From an uncultured Verrucomicrobiae bacterium (GTDB lineage Bacteria > Verrucomicrobiota > Verrucomicrobiia > Chthoniobacterales > UBA10450): a stretch of DNA of 64,000 bases. A program made the translations under genes and the position numbers. Of the stretch, positions 32,853 to 41,788 are shown one piece after another; within the stretch, counting starts at the first letter, position 1; every line of letters starts with the position of its first letter. The notes below the pieces were generated by a model. It was not told the origin of the DNA, ran no database searches, and worked only from the letters and a program-made list of their open reading frames with translations. The stretch is taken from contig CAWFGO010000001.1 of assembly GCA_963815455.1 (NCBI GenBank), forward strand, positions 672,001 to 736,000. Direction: 5' to 3'.

Positions 32853-33203
32853 TCAATCGGTCAACGTGATCGTTCCCGTCACGCTCCGGGTCTGGACCCC
32901 CCAACTGCCATAGGGCACGCTCTCGTTGTCGTGCACGACTAACGAGGAAGCCTTAAATTTCTTACCGTTCGCGACGAGAAGAGCCTTCTTGCGCCACGCT
33001 TCCTTGAGCTCTTCGACGCCGGAATGCCCATAAACAGAGCGATAACTCACGGCGGTGATCTCGAAACTCCTCGGGTAGAATGGCGAAACCGTGAACGAAA
33101 TGAATCGTGAAATGCCGGCGGGACGCGGCTCGGGCGCGGCGCATCCGGCAAGAAGAATTACCGCCGTGGTTGCGATGGCGCAGAAACACAAACGCATCTC
33201 CAA
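32853..33203 (-). CDS. Hypothetical lipoprotein
   Basis: VILLAG-C lipobox. Confidence 0.6.
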   Translation of the reverse strand: MEMRLCFCAIATTAVILLAGCAAPEPRPAGISRFISFTVSPFYPRSFEITAVSYRSVYGHSGVEELKEAWRKKALLVANGKKFKASSLVVHDNESVPYGSWGVQTRSVTGTITLTD

Positions 33204-33213
33204 GCCGTTCGTC

Positions 33214-33877
33214 CTACATCAGGGGTTCGACAGCAGTCCGCTTGCTCTCTTGCGTGAAGAGAATCAGCTTTCGAGCCAGGGATTCCGCTGCCTCGTTGGC
33301 CATTCGCGGCCAAAGACCGGGATTTGCTTCCAGGTTTTCCAGCGATGTCGTCGTATTGCTCGTAGCCCATTCGTCCTTCTTCCAAATGACTTTGCCGTCG
33401 CGGCCCAGTAACGTTAGCTTGGCGGTTATTACCGCGCCAAGTTGACGATTGTTGACCGGCCCTATCCCGTAGGCTCCGATTTCAATCTTTAAGGTTGTGT
33501 CGGCATTCGCCGTTACCAGCTTCATCGGCGACGTTTTCAGCGCCGCTTCCATGTGGCGACGCACCAAATCGCGAATGTCCACCGGATGCTTCGACGCAGC
33601 TGCATCGAATCTCTTGAATCCAGGGCCCTCCGAACCTGCCCCGATCATCGCTCCAATTAACGCGCCCGCCAGCCCGCCACTCGCCCCGATTCCGCGGGCC
33701 CGCTTGCCGGTGATGTCCCGGTAAACGTAATGATCCGGAGCTTTGATGTCGGGGCTGAGCGCAACAGTTCGGGTACTTGCTCCGGTCCACGGAACTGAAC
33801 GGCTGCTGGGCACAACTCGCCAACGCGACGAGGGCGGGCACCGACAGGAGACGAAGATATCTGGTTCTTAAAATCAT
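33214..33877 (-). CDS. Hypothetical lipoprotein with glycine-zipper-like segment; frameshift near 33780
   Basis: MILRTRYLRLLSVPALVALAS-C (ORF 33482-33877) joins ORF 33214-33813 containing GGLAGALIGAMIGAG. Confidence 0.65.
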
Positions 33878-33971
33878 CGTGGGATGTTGTTAGGAAGCCT
33901 GCGAAATGTCAATCCGAGACTTCCCCAAAAAACAGCTTGAAGAACGACAGCGCACGTAGATAAGAGCGACG

Positions 33972-34740
33972 ATGCAGAAACCGCGGACGCCGCTCACAAT
34001 TGGATGGGAAGCGGCCCGGGCCAACGCGGTTCCGGCGCTCGTTATTCAGGCAATCATGATGGGATTGCTGGTCGCCTATTACTGCAACAACACTGTCTTT
34101 TCAGCATTGAATCAGTTGGCCAATTACAAGCGCACCCATGGACTTGCCCTTTGTTATCATCGCTTCAATCGTCGCAGGCGCGCTAATTCCGGAAGCTTTC
34201 CTGATCCTGTTCTTTCAGCGTGGCCGGCCGAATCGCCGCAACTTGCGCAACCTGCTGTTCACGATTCCGGTCTGGGGTTTCGACGGGTCACTGGTCGATC
34301 TTCTCTATCGGAGTGAAGCCGCCTGGTTCGGCGATGTCGTGACATTGCCAGTCGTGCTGGCCAAGATTTGTGTCGATCAATTCGGTTACAACCCGTTGTT
34401 TGCCGCGCCGTTCGGGGTCCTGACCTACGAATGGAAAAACAACGGCGTTTCCATGGGACCCGTTCGTGATCTTTTCACGTGGCAACATTATCGCGACAAA
34501 ATCATTCCGACATTGCTCGCCACGTGGGTTGTCTGGATTCCGTTGATGGCAATCATTTATTCGTTGCCGCTGGCTCTTCAGTTTCCGCTGTTCGGACTGG
34601 CGCTTTCGTTCTGGGTCCTGCTCCTGACCTACATGACGAATCGTTTTGCCGGAAAAATCGAAGCCGATGCGCCGATGGCGCTCGCGACTAGCGGAAAATT
34701 GAACCGCCGATTACGCGGATTCAAACGGATCGGGTCTTAA
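33972..34740 (+). CDS. Mpv17/PMP22-like membrane protein; frameshift near 34145
   Basis: KICVDQFGYNP..KIIPTLLATWVVWIP..IIYSLPLALQFPLF..SFW pattern. Confidence 0.7.
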
Positions 34741-35512
34741 GAAGATTCTGTGAAATGGCGGAGCGCTTCATGAACGCCAGCGCCGTGGTTACGCTGGGCA
34801 ACGTAACCGCTCGCGCCACGCACGGTCTCCTTAACTTCTGGAATTGCGTTTGCCGGACAGGAAGCGAGCAGCGCGACTTTCCCGTCCAGCATCGAGATAT
34901 CGTTGTGATGATCGCCGGCGGCGAAAATATTTTCGCGCGGGATGTCGATCAGGCGCGCCAGTTCGGCCAGGGCTGCGCCTTTGTGATAGTCGGCATGACA
35001 AAAACGCAGAAAAACCGTGTTGCGCTGGTAATGAAACTTCGGCTCGTTCGCCCGGGCCCGATCGATAAATTCGACGATGCGGTCCAATTCAGCGTCGCTC
35101 GCCGCGACCAATCCTTCCAGACCTTCGGAATGATAAATGAGACGCGCCTTGGTCTTCTGGGTCACGAAATCGACCACCTCGGCCAGGATCGAGTGGGCGG
35201 ACGTAAATAGCTCCGCGTGATCCTGGGCCACTCGCTTGTTCCAATCGCCCAACGGCTCCCATTTCTCGCCATTCGTCCCCGGCTGGAAAATGTCGCGCTC
35301 ACTGGTGAGAATAAAATCCGGGCGGATCGGGACGGCGAAATCGGCCAGGCCGGATTCGAGCAAATCGACCGAGCGGCCGGTATTGATCGCCCAAACGCGC
35401 CGGCGTCTTGCAAATTGCGGATCAACTCCATGCATGGCTGATCCAGGACCGGCTCGCTCACGCGCGAAACGAGGGTGCCGTCAAAATCGGTGCTGATAAG
35501 CCGGATGTTCAT
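34737..35512 (-). CDS. HAD-IIB (Cof-like) hydrolase; frameshift near 35400
   Basis: LISTDFDGTL, INTGR, KGAAL, AGDHHNDISML. Confidence 0.88.
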
Positions 35513-35542
35513 GTAGATATTCTACCTTGGCCGTGCCGATGT

Positions 35543-35649
35543 TGTCGCGCCGTAGCGCACGGAGGCGGATGGCGAAGGCGGGTCGATCTTACAATTGATT
35601 CGATTATGAGCAGGAGCAACCCGCCTTCGCAAAAAGCTACGGCGTGGCA
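35543..35649. repeat. Inverted pair of GCCGTAGC..GCGAAGGCGGG repeats
   Basis: 35543-35582 forward and 35620-35649 reverse (TGCCACGCCGTAGCTTTTTGCGAAGGCGGG). Confidence 0.75.
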
Positions 35650-35674
35650 TAGAGTAAGAGCAAGAGTCTAAACG

Positions 35675-35965
35675 ATGAAATCAGCTTACGAATTGGCGAT
35701 GGAACGGCTCCAAAAAGGCGCGCCCTCGGTCTCGCTAACCGATGATCAAAAGAAGGAGCTCGCTGAAATCGATTCGAAATTTAAGGCGAAAATTGCGGAA
35801 AAGGAACTTTTCCTGAAGGACCAGATTCGCAATGCTCAAACAGCGGGCAAGTTCGACGAAGTGGAATCGCTGGAAAAGCAGCTCGTTACTGAAATTCGCC
35901 GGTTGCAAGAAGATTGCGAGGCGAAGAAGGAGAAATTGCGGGCGAGTTTCGGCGCCGGTTGTTAG
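35675..35965 (+). CDS. Small coiled-coil hypothetical protein
   Basis: MKSAYELAMERL.., 96 aa, charged helical composition. Confidence 0.75.
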   Translation: MKSAYELAMERLQKGAPSVSLTDDQKKELAEIDSKFKAKIAEKELFLKDQIRNAQTAGKFDEVESLEKQLVTEIRRLQEDCEAKKEKLRASFGAGC

Positions 35966-35974
35966 ATCGACATC

Positions 35975-36066
35975 GGGTGGATCGAGCGCTCCGCGCTCGA
36001 TGTTAAATTTGAGGCGGCAAAGCCGCCACTTTTTCTGCCATCGCCCGCGGAGCGGCCGATCCACCC
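35975..36066. repeat. Inverted REP-like doublet (GGGTGGATCG..CTCCG..CGATG)
   Basis: GGGTGGATCGAGCGCTCCGCGCTCGATG and, on the minus strand, GGGTGGATCGGCCGCTCCGCGGGCGATG. Confidence 0.65.
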
Positions 36067-36971
36067 TGGCCGCGTCTGGGCAAATCGGGATCGAGGAAGC
36101 CGAGCATATGCGCTCGTTTGATGGTGCGGACCCCTTCCCGTTTTTGCAGTTCTTCGATGCTCTGACGGAACCCTTCCATCTTAATCCAGTGAACCTTTGG
36201 GCGGAAATGATGCTCGGCGTGATAGCCGTTGTAGAAAAACAGCCAATTGTAGATCTTGCCGTAGCTGCTTACGCCCCAGGCAATCGGTTTGTCGGGATTC
36301 GCGCCGTAATGACGGTAGTAGCCGTTCAGATAACTGAAGCAATGGCCGAGATAAAAGAACGGTAGAAAATAGAAAATGACGTAGCGCCAATTCAACAAGG
36401 CCATCACCGCCAGCGTAGTGGCGAATGCGGCCAGCTCGATGTTGCCCCAAAACAGATCGCCGTTGCTCCGCTTGCGCAGTTCCCGCCGGATTGCGCCGAT
36501 GTCGTCGCGAAAGAGACTGAGAAACACGTAGCTCCAGGGATTTTCCGCCTCGCCGTCGTGGCCGTGTTTGTAGATCGAGAGCCAGTCGATCGTCTCGCCA
36601 TTCTCATCCTGCCGATCCGAATTGCCCTTATGATGCTGCATGTGGACGGCATCGTAATAGGTCTGGGAGAAGCAACAAGCGACCGATTGGGTGATTCCGA
36701 AAAAGCGGTTCAGCAGTTTCGAGCGAAAGAACGGGTTATGGATAAAATTGTGGCCGATCCCATTGATGTTGGCATTGACCATCAACGCGTAGATGAAGCC
36801 GAGAACCAGCATCACCCAGAGCGGGGCGTGCGGATAAAGGAAAAAGAGGCCGACAAAGTAAGCGAGATGAAAAAGGCCGGCCAAGGCGGGGACGGCGTCC
36901 CAGCGCGTATGGGCGAAGAGTTTTGAATTCGTCGTCGGGCGTTCAACTCGAATGGGGTCAGCGGTAGTCAT
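36003..36971 (-). CDS. Membrane fatty acid desaturase family protein
   Basis: His boxes HNFIH, HMQHH and HAEHH with TM segments. Confidence 0.88.
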   Translation of the reverse strand: MTTADPIRVERPTTNSKLFAHTRWDAVPALAGLFHLAYFVGLFFLYPHAPLWVMLVLGFIYALMVNANINGIGHNFIHNPFFRSKLLNRFFGITQSVACCFSQTYYDAVHMQHHKGNSDRQDENGETIDWLSIYKHGHDGEAENPWSYVFLSLFRDDIGAIRRELRKRSNGDLFWGNIELAAFATTLAVMALLNWRYVIFYFLPFFYLGHCFSYLNGYYRHYGANPDKPIAWGVSSYGKIYNWLFFYNGYHAEHHFRPKVHWIKMEGFRQSIEELQKREGVRTIKRAHMLGFLDPDLPRRGQGGSAAPRAMAEKVAALPPQI

Positions 36972-37193
36972 CGCGCTTCGGTAAATCCGAGAGATTGTAT
37001 ATCTTTGGCGGGGGTTCGAGTTTTAGCAAGCTCGGCCAAGGCCGCGAAAATACATTGGCCTAAGGGCGATTCGCCGCAGGCATCCCTCTCGACGGAGACG
37101 CAATAGCCTCTCGACGTGAGTCAGATGCCTTACGGCTAGCCCGCGGACCAACGACCCTTCGCCGACACCGCGGGATCGGCGGATCGCCCCGCG

Positions 37194-37379
37194 CTACAAC
37201 TGCTCGATTTCCTCTCGGATCGCTTGCTTTGTTTTCCCCAGTTTCGACTGGAGCCGGCCGAGGAGTTCATCGTCTTTGCCATTGGCAAATGCGAGGTCGT
37301 CGTCCGTCAATTGGCCGTACTTCTGTTTCAGCTTACCCTTAATTTCGTTCCAATTCCCTTTTAGCTCTAGATTCGTCAT
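37194..37379 (-). CDS. csbD: CsbD family stress protein
   Basis: KGNWNEIKGKLKQKYGQLTDDDL..GK.DELLGRLQ. Confidence 0.92.
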   Translation of the reverse strand: MTNLELKGNWNEIKGKLKQKYGQLTDDDLAFANGKDDELLGRLQSKLGKTKQAIREEIEQL

Positions 37380-37496
37380 AGTATTTAAGAATTCGTTTTT
37401 CAGGCGTAAATTGGTTCCCTTTTCGCGATCTGATAATTCACGCAGTTGGGATTTGCCAATGTCGATCTTGCCAGCCTAATTTAGCGCCCCTTCCCG

Positions 37497-38483
37497 ATGT
37501 TTGCCCGTCAGCCAGAGATGAAGATTTTCAGCGGTTCGGCGAACCGCGAACTGGCGGAGCGTATCTGCAAATACATCGGCACCCCACTCGGGCAGGCTTC
37601 GGTGAAATCGTTTCCGGACGGGGAAACTTACGTGCGGATCGAGGAGAATATCCGGGGACACGACGTGTTCATCATTCAACCGACTTGTCCGCCGACGAAC
37701 CAGCATCTGATGGAATTGCTCATCATGGTGGATGCGGCTCGGCGAGCGAGCGCAGACCGAATTACCGCGGTGATTCCATTTTTCGGCTACGCGCGCCAGG
37801 ACCGCAAAGACCAGCCGCGGGTGCCGATCACGGCCAAACTGGTGGCGAATCTTCTTTACGCTTCGGGGGTAAACCGGGTCTTGACGATGGATCTGCACGC
37901 GCAACAAGTGCAGGGCTTTTTCGATATTCCGGTGGACCATCTCTATTCGCTCCCGGTGTTGATCAAATATCTCCGTGGGCGCTTGACCGCCGGGAAGACG
38001 GTGGTGGTTTCGCCCGACTTGGGCGGGTTGAAAATGGCTTCGGCTTATGCAGACGCGCTGGGAACAAATCTGGCCATTGTAGCCAAGGAACGGAAGACCG
38101 CGACGGAGACCGAGGCGCTCTATCTCATTGGCGATGTGAAGGATCGGGACGTGCTCCTGGTCGATGATCTCACCGAAACGGCGGGCACACTGACTTCGGC
38201 CACCAATCTCCTGAAAAAGAACGGCGCGCTGGACGTTTACGCCGGGGTGGCCCACGCGGTCCTGGTAGATGTTGCAATTCCCCGGTTGCAAAAGTCTGGG
38301 ATTGCGGAATTAATAACGACCAACAGCACGCCAGTGCGCACCGTCGAAGGGTTTTCGATCAAGGTGCTGTGCGTCTCCGAGCTCCTGGGCGAAGGGATAA
38401 AGCGGATTCATAACGATGAGTCCGTGTCGTCGCTGTTTAAGATCGACAACGGCAAAAAGAAGCAAGATGGCAAAACAAGTTAA
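37497..38483 (+). CDS. prs: Ribose-phosphate pyrophosphokinase
   Basis: FPDGE, GYARQDRK, DLHA.Q.QGFF, VSPDLGG, VDDLTETAGT. Confidence 0.95.
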   Translation: MFARQPEMKIFSGSANRELAERICKYIGTPLGQASVKSFPDGETYVRIEENIRGHDVFIIQPTCPPTNQHLMELLIMVDAARRASADRITAVIPFFGYARQDRKDQPRVPITAKLVANLLYASGVNRVLTMDLHAQQVQGFFDIPVDHLYSLPVLIKYLRGRLTAGKTVVVSPDLGGLKMASAYADALGTNLAIVAKERKTATETEALYLIGDVKDRDVLLVDDLTETAGTLTSATNLLKKNGALDVYAGVAHAVLVDVAIPRLQKSGIAELITTNSTPVRTVEGFSIKVLCVSELLGEGIKRIHNDESVSSLFKIDNGKKKQDGKTS

Positions 38484-39177
38484 ACTTAAAGTTGAGCGGC
38501 GCGACACCACGGGCCGGTCTGCAGTGCGCAAGTTAAAGGCGCGCGGGATCGTTCCGGCGGTGATCTACGGCGCCAAGGATAAGCCCCAACCCTTACAGGT
38601 GGCGGCGCGCGATATTAACGCCATGTTCAGCCACGCTTCCGGCGAAAACATTCTGGTCGAGCTCGAAATCGCCGGCGAGAAATCCAACCGCATGGCCCTC
38701 GTCCAGGAAGTGCAACACTCCCCATTAGGCGGGAATGTTTTGCATGTCGATTTTCATGCCATCTCGATGGATGAGAAGATTCACGCGGAAGTTCCGCTGG
38801 AACCGGTGGGCATCGCCGAAGGGGTCAAGAATTTTGGCGGCTTGCTCGAGCAGAGCTTGCGCGCGCTGCCGATCGAATGTTTGCCCAAGGATCTGCCGGA
38901 TCGGATTACCGTCGATGTCTCGGCGCTGAACATCGGCGACTCGATTCACGTTCGCGACATTCAACTTCCTTCCGGCGTCGCCGCGAAAGTGCAGCTCGAT
39001 CTCACCGTGTTCTCGGTGCTTGCGCCGGTCACCGAGGAGGAGCCCGTCCCGGTTGCGGCAGAAGGCGCCGCGGCAGGCCCGGAAGTCATTACCGAGAAGA
39101 AGAAGGACGAAGGCGAAGCCGAGGCTGCTCCGGCAGGGAAAGAAAAAGCGGCTCCAAAGGACAAAGAGAAAAAGTAA
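38467..39177 (+). CDS. rplY: 50S ribosomal protein L25 (CTC type)
   Basis: GRSAVRKLKARGIVPAVIYG, LHVDF, GVKNFGG, IGDSIHVRD. Confidence 0.95.
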   Translation: MAKQVKLKVERRDTTGRSAVRKLKARGIVPAVIYGAKDKPQPLQVAARDINAMFSHASGENILVELEIAGEKSNRMALVQEVQHSPLGGNVLHVDFHAISMDEKIHAEVPLEPVGIAEGVKNFGGLLEQSLRALPIECLPKDLPDRITVDVSALNIGDSIHVRDIQLPSGVAAKVQLDLTVFSVLAPVTEEEPVPVAAEGAAAGPEVITEKKKDEGEAEAAPAGKEKAAPKDKEKK

Positions 39178-39182
39178 TCCAT

Positions 39183-39210
39183 TTTCGATTGTCGATCTTG
39201 GATTGCCGAT
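39183..39210. repeat. Degenerate heptamer tandem repeat (4 units)
   Basis: tttcgat tgtcgat cttggat tgccgat between rplY and pth. Confidence 0.55.
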
Positions 39211-39219
39211 TGAGCGACC

Positions 39220-39804
39220 GTGGAAGAAAAACCGATTCGGTTGGTCGCCGGTCTTGGAAATCCCGGCCCGGAATACGCGGCCACACGCCACAACATCGGG
39301 TTCATGGTAGTCGATCGGTTGGCGGCCAAACTTGGATCGACGTGGGAAAAAGCGGCCAAGAGCGAGGCGCTGTCGGCCAAGTGCGGCGGAGCGCTCCTGG
39401 TTAAGCCGATGAGCTTTATGAATCGCAGCGGGCATCCGCTTTTCGCGATCGCGCAGTTTTACAAAATCGACCCGGCAGAAATGCTCGTGGTGCTGGACGA
39501 CATGGCTTTGCCGCTGGGCCGGCTCCGGTTGCGATCGGGCGGCGGAACCGGCGGTCACAACGGGCTGGACTCGATCATCATGCAGTTCGGAACGGATGAG
39601 ATTCCGCGGATGCGCATTGGAATTGGTGAAGCCCCGCCGGCGGGCTCGGTCGATTATGTGTTGAGCAGATTTTTTGAGGAAGAAAAACCGATGATAGGAT
39701 CGACAATCGATCGGGCGGTCGAGGCGGCGAAATGCGCGATTGACAACGGCCTCGTTTCCGCGATGAACACTTTCAACCGAAAGTACAAAACCGAAGAATC
39801 ATGA
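39220..39804 (+). CDS. pth: Peptidyl-tRNA hydrolase
   Basis: GLGNPG.EY..TRHNIGF, KPMSFMNRSG, GGHNGL. Confidence 0.95.
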   Translation: MEEKPIRLVAGLGNPGPEYAATRHNIGFMVVDRLAAKLGSTWEKAAKSEALSAKCGGALLVKPMSFMNRSGHPLFAIAQFYKIDPAEMLVVLDDMALPLGRLRLRSGGGTGGHNGLDSIIMQFGTDEIPRMRIGIGEAPPAGSVDYVLSRFFEEEKPMIGSTIDRAVEAAKCAIDNGLVSAMNTFNRKYKTEES

Positions 39805-40139
39805 AGAATCGTTACGAAGCGTTGGTTGTGCTCAATGCCCAGGGCACGGAAGATTCCATCAAGGATATTATCGATCGATTGGAATCCGAGTTTAAGAAGG
39901 AAGGGGCCGAGATCGAGCAGGTCCAAAAGATGGACAAACGTCAGTTTGCCTACCAGGCCGGGGCACTCGACGCCGGGTATTACGTCAACTTTGTTTTCCA
40001 ATGCCAGCCGGATCTGGTCGCAAAACTGCGCGCGAAATTCAAGCTCGATCCGGAGGTTTATCGTCAAAGTTACGTGCGCCTGCCCGAGAAGAAGGAGAAA
40101 AAGGAAAGGGCGCCAAAAAAGCTGGCGAAAGCCAAGTAA
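39801..40139 (+). CDS. rpsF: 30S ribosomal protein S6
   Basis: RYEALVVL, KRQFAY, GYYV; position between pth and ssb. Confidence 0.88.
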   Translation: MKNRYEALVVLNAQGTEDSIKDIIDRLESEFKKEGAEIEQVQKMDKRQFAYQAGALDAGYYVNFVFQCQPDLVAKLRAKFKLDPEVYRQSYVRLPEKKEKKERAPKKLAKAK

Positions 40140-40157
40140 CCTCGTTATAACCGAGGC

Positions 40158-40619
40158 ATGGCCAGCTTTAATAAAGTTCTTCTGCTCGGAAATCTGACGC
40201 GCGACCCCGAAGTCCGCTATACTCCAAAAGGGAGCGCCGTTTGCGATCTGGGCATCGCGGTGAACCGGGTTTATACGACCGACAGCGGAGAGAAGCGCGA
40301 GGAAGCGACTTTTGTCGATGTCACCCTGTGGGGGCGGACCGCCGAGGTTGCCGGCGAATATTTGAAAAAGGGGCGACCGGTTTTCATCGAAGGCAGGCTT
40401 CAGCTCGATTCCTGGGACGACAAACAGACAGGCCAGAAGCGGTCCAAACTCAAGGTCATTGGCGAGGGCATGCAATTGCTCGGTGGCGGGCGACCAGGCG
40501 GCGGCGGGGCGGGCGCTCCTGCGGAAGCCGGCGGAGAAGATCGGCCGGCGAGCAAGTCAAGCGCGCCACCGAAACCAGGCGCATCGGCTGGACCCGACGA
40601 AGACGAGATTCCGTTTTAA
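40158..40619 (+). CDS. ssb: Single-stranded DNA-binding protein
   Basis: [27 protein letters not shown]-terminal EDEIPF. Confidence 0.96.
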   Translation: MASFNKVLLLGNLTRDPEVRYTPKGSAVCDLGIAVNRVYTTDSGEKREEATFVDVTLWGRTAEVAGEYLKKGRPVFIEGRLQLDSWDDKQTGQKRSKLKVIGEGMQLLGGGRPGGGGAGAPAEAGGEDRPASKSSAPPKPGASAGPDEDEIPF

Positions 40620-40621
40620 CG

Positions 40622-40677
40622 GTGGCATCGGCATCCTGCCGATGGGTTAATGCACACGGGCTGGAAGTCCATGCCAC
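40622..40677. repeat. REP-like doublet (GTGGCAT...ATGCCAC)
   Basis: Outer inverted repeat GTGGCAT/ATGCCAC with inner stem CATCGGCA/TGCCGATG. Confidence 0.6.
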
Positions 40678-40686
40678 GATCCTAAT

Positions 40687-41788
40687 ATGAACGCGACCGA
40701 AGCCTGCATCGCGCTCAATATGCTCCCGACGATGGGGCCGGTGCGGCTACGCAAGCTGCTGGAGGTTTTCAAGGAACCGCAGCAAGTCCTCAACGCGAAA
40801 CGGAGCGATCTTCGAAAAGTGGAGGGAATCGGGAACGAAGTCGTCGAGCAAATCTCAAATTGGGAATCGATTGTCGATCTTGCCGCGGAGCTAAAACGGG
40901 TTCGTGATTTTGGCGCGACGGTGATCACGCAAGAATCGCCGTCGTATCCGAAATCGTTGCGGGAGATTCATGCGCCGCCGATCGTGCTTTACGTTTGGGG
41001 CGAACTGGCAGAGCGCGATCACCACGCCATCGGTATCATCGGCTCGCGACGAACAACCCATTACGGAACTGAATCGGCGAAAAAATTGGCCTATCAACTT
41101 GCCTACGCCGGTTTGACCGTGGTGAGCGGGCTGGCCCGCGGGATCGACACCGCCGCGCATCAGGGAGCGCTCGCTGCCAAAGGGCGCACCATCGCGGTAA
41201 TCGGTTCGGGACTGTCGAAGTTGTATCCGCCCGAGAACAGCGTGTTGGCGGAGAAAATTCGCGATGGAAACGGCGCGGTTGTTTCCGAATTTTCCATGGA
41301 AATTGAGCCGGACCGGCAAACTTTCCCGATGCGGAACCGAATCATTTCCGGGTGGAGCCACGGCATTCTGGTGGTGGAAGCGGGATTGAACAGCGGCGCG
41401 CTGATCACGGCTTCGCAGGCGCTGGAACAGGGCCGGTCCGTTTACGCGGTTCCCGGTCACATCAACGCGCCCAGTGCGGTCGGATCTAACCGTCTCATCC
41501 AGCAAGGCGCAAAGTTGGTCATGGATGCGAGCGACATCCTGGACGACCTGCAAATTCTACTGCCCGAAACGAAACCATCGCCTGAAGCCGCGGCTGCGCC
41601 CTTTGCCGCCGCTTTCGCCAGAGGAACGCCGGGTTTATGACGCGATCGAAGCCAGCGAGACGCCGATCGATCAAATTGCCGCCAAGTGCGATTTACCAAG
41701 CGCGACGGTTTCTTCCACGCTCTTGGGCCTGGAGTTGAAACGATTAATTAAACAATTGCCCGGAAAATATTTTGTAAAGCTGGGCTAA
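40687..41788 (+). CDS. dprA: DNA-processing protein DprA; frameshift near 41595
   Basis: IIGSR, VSGLARGIDTAAH, FPMRNRIISG, VEAGLNSGALIT; winged-helix tail LLGLELKRLIKQLPG in the next frame. Confidence 0.93.
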
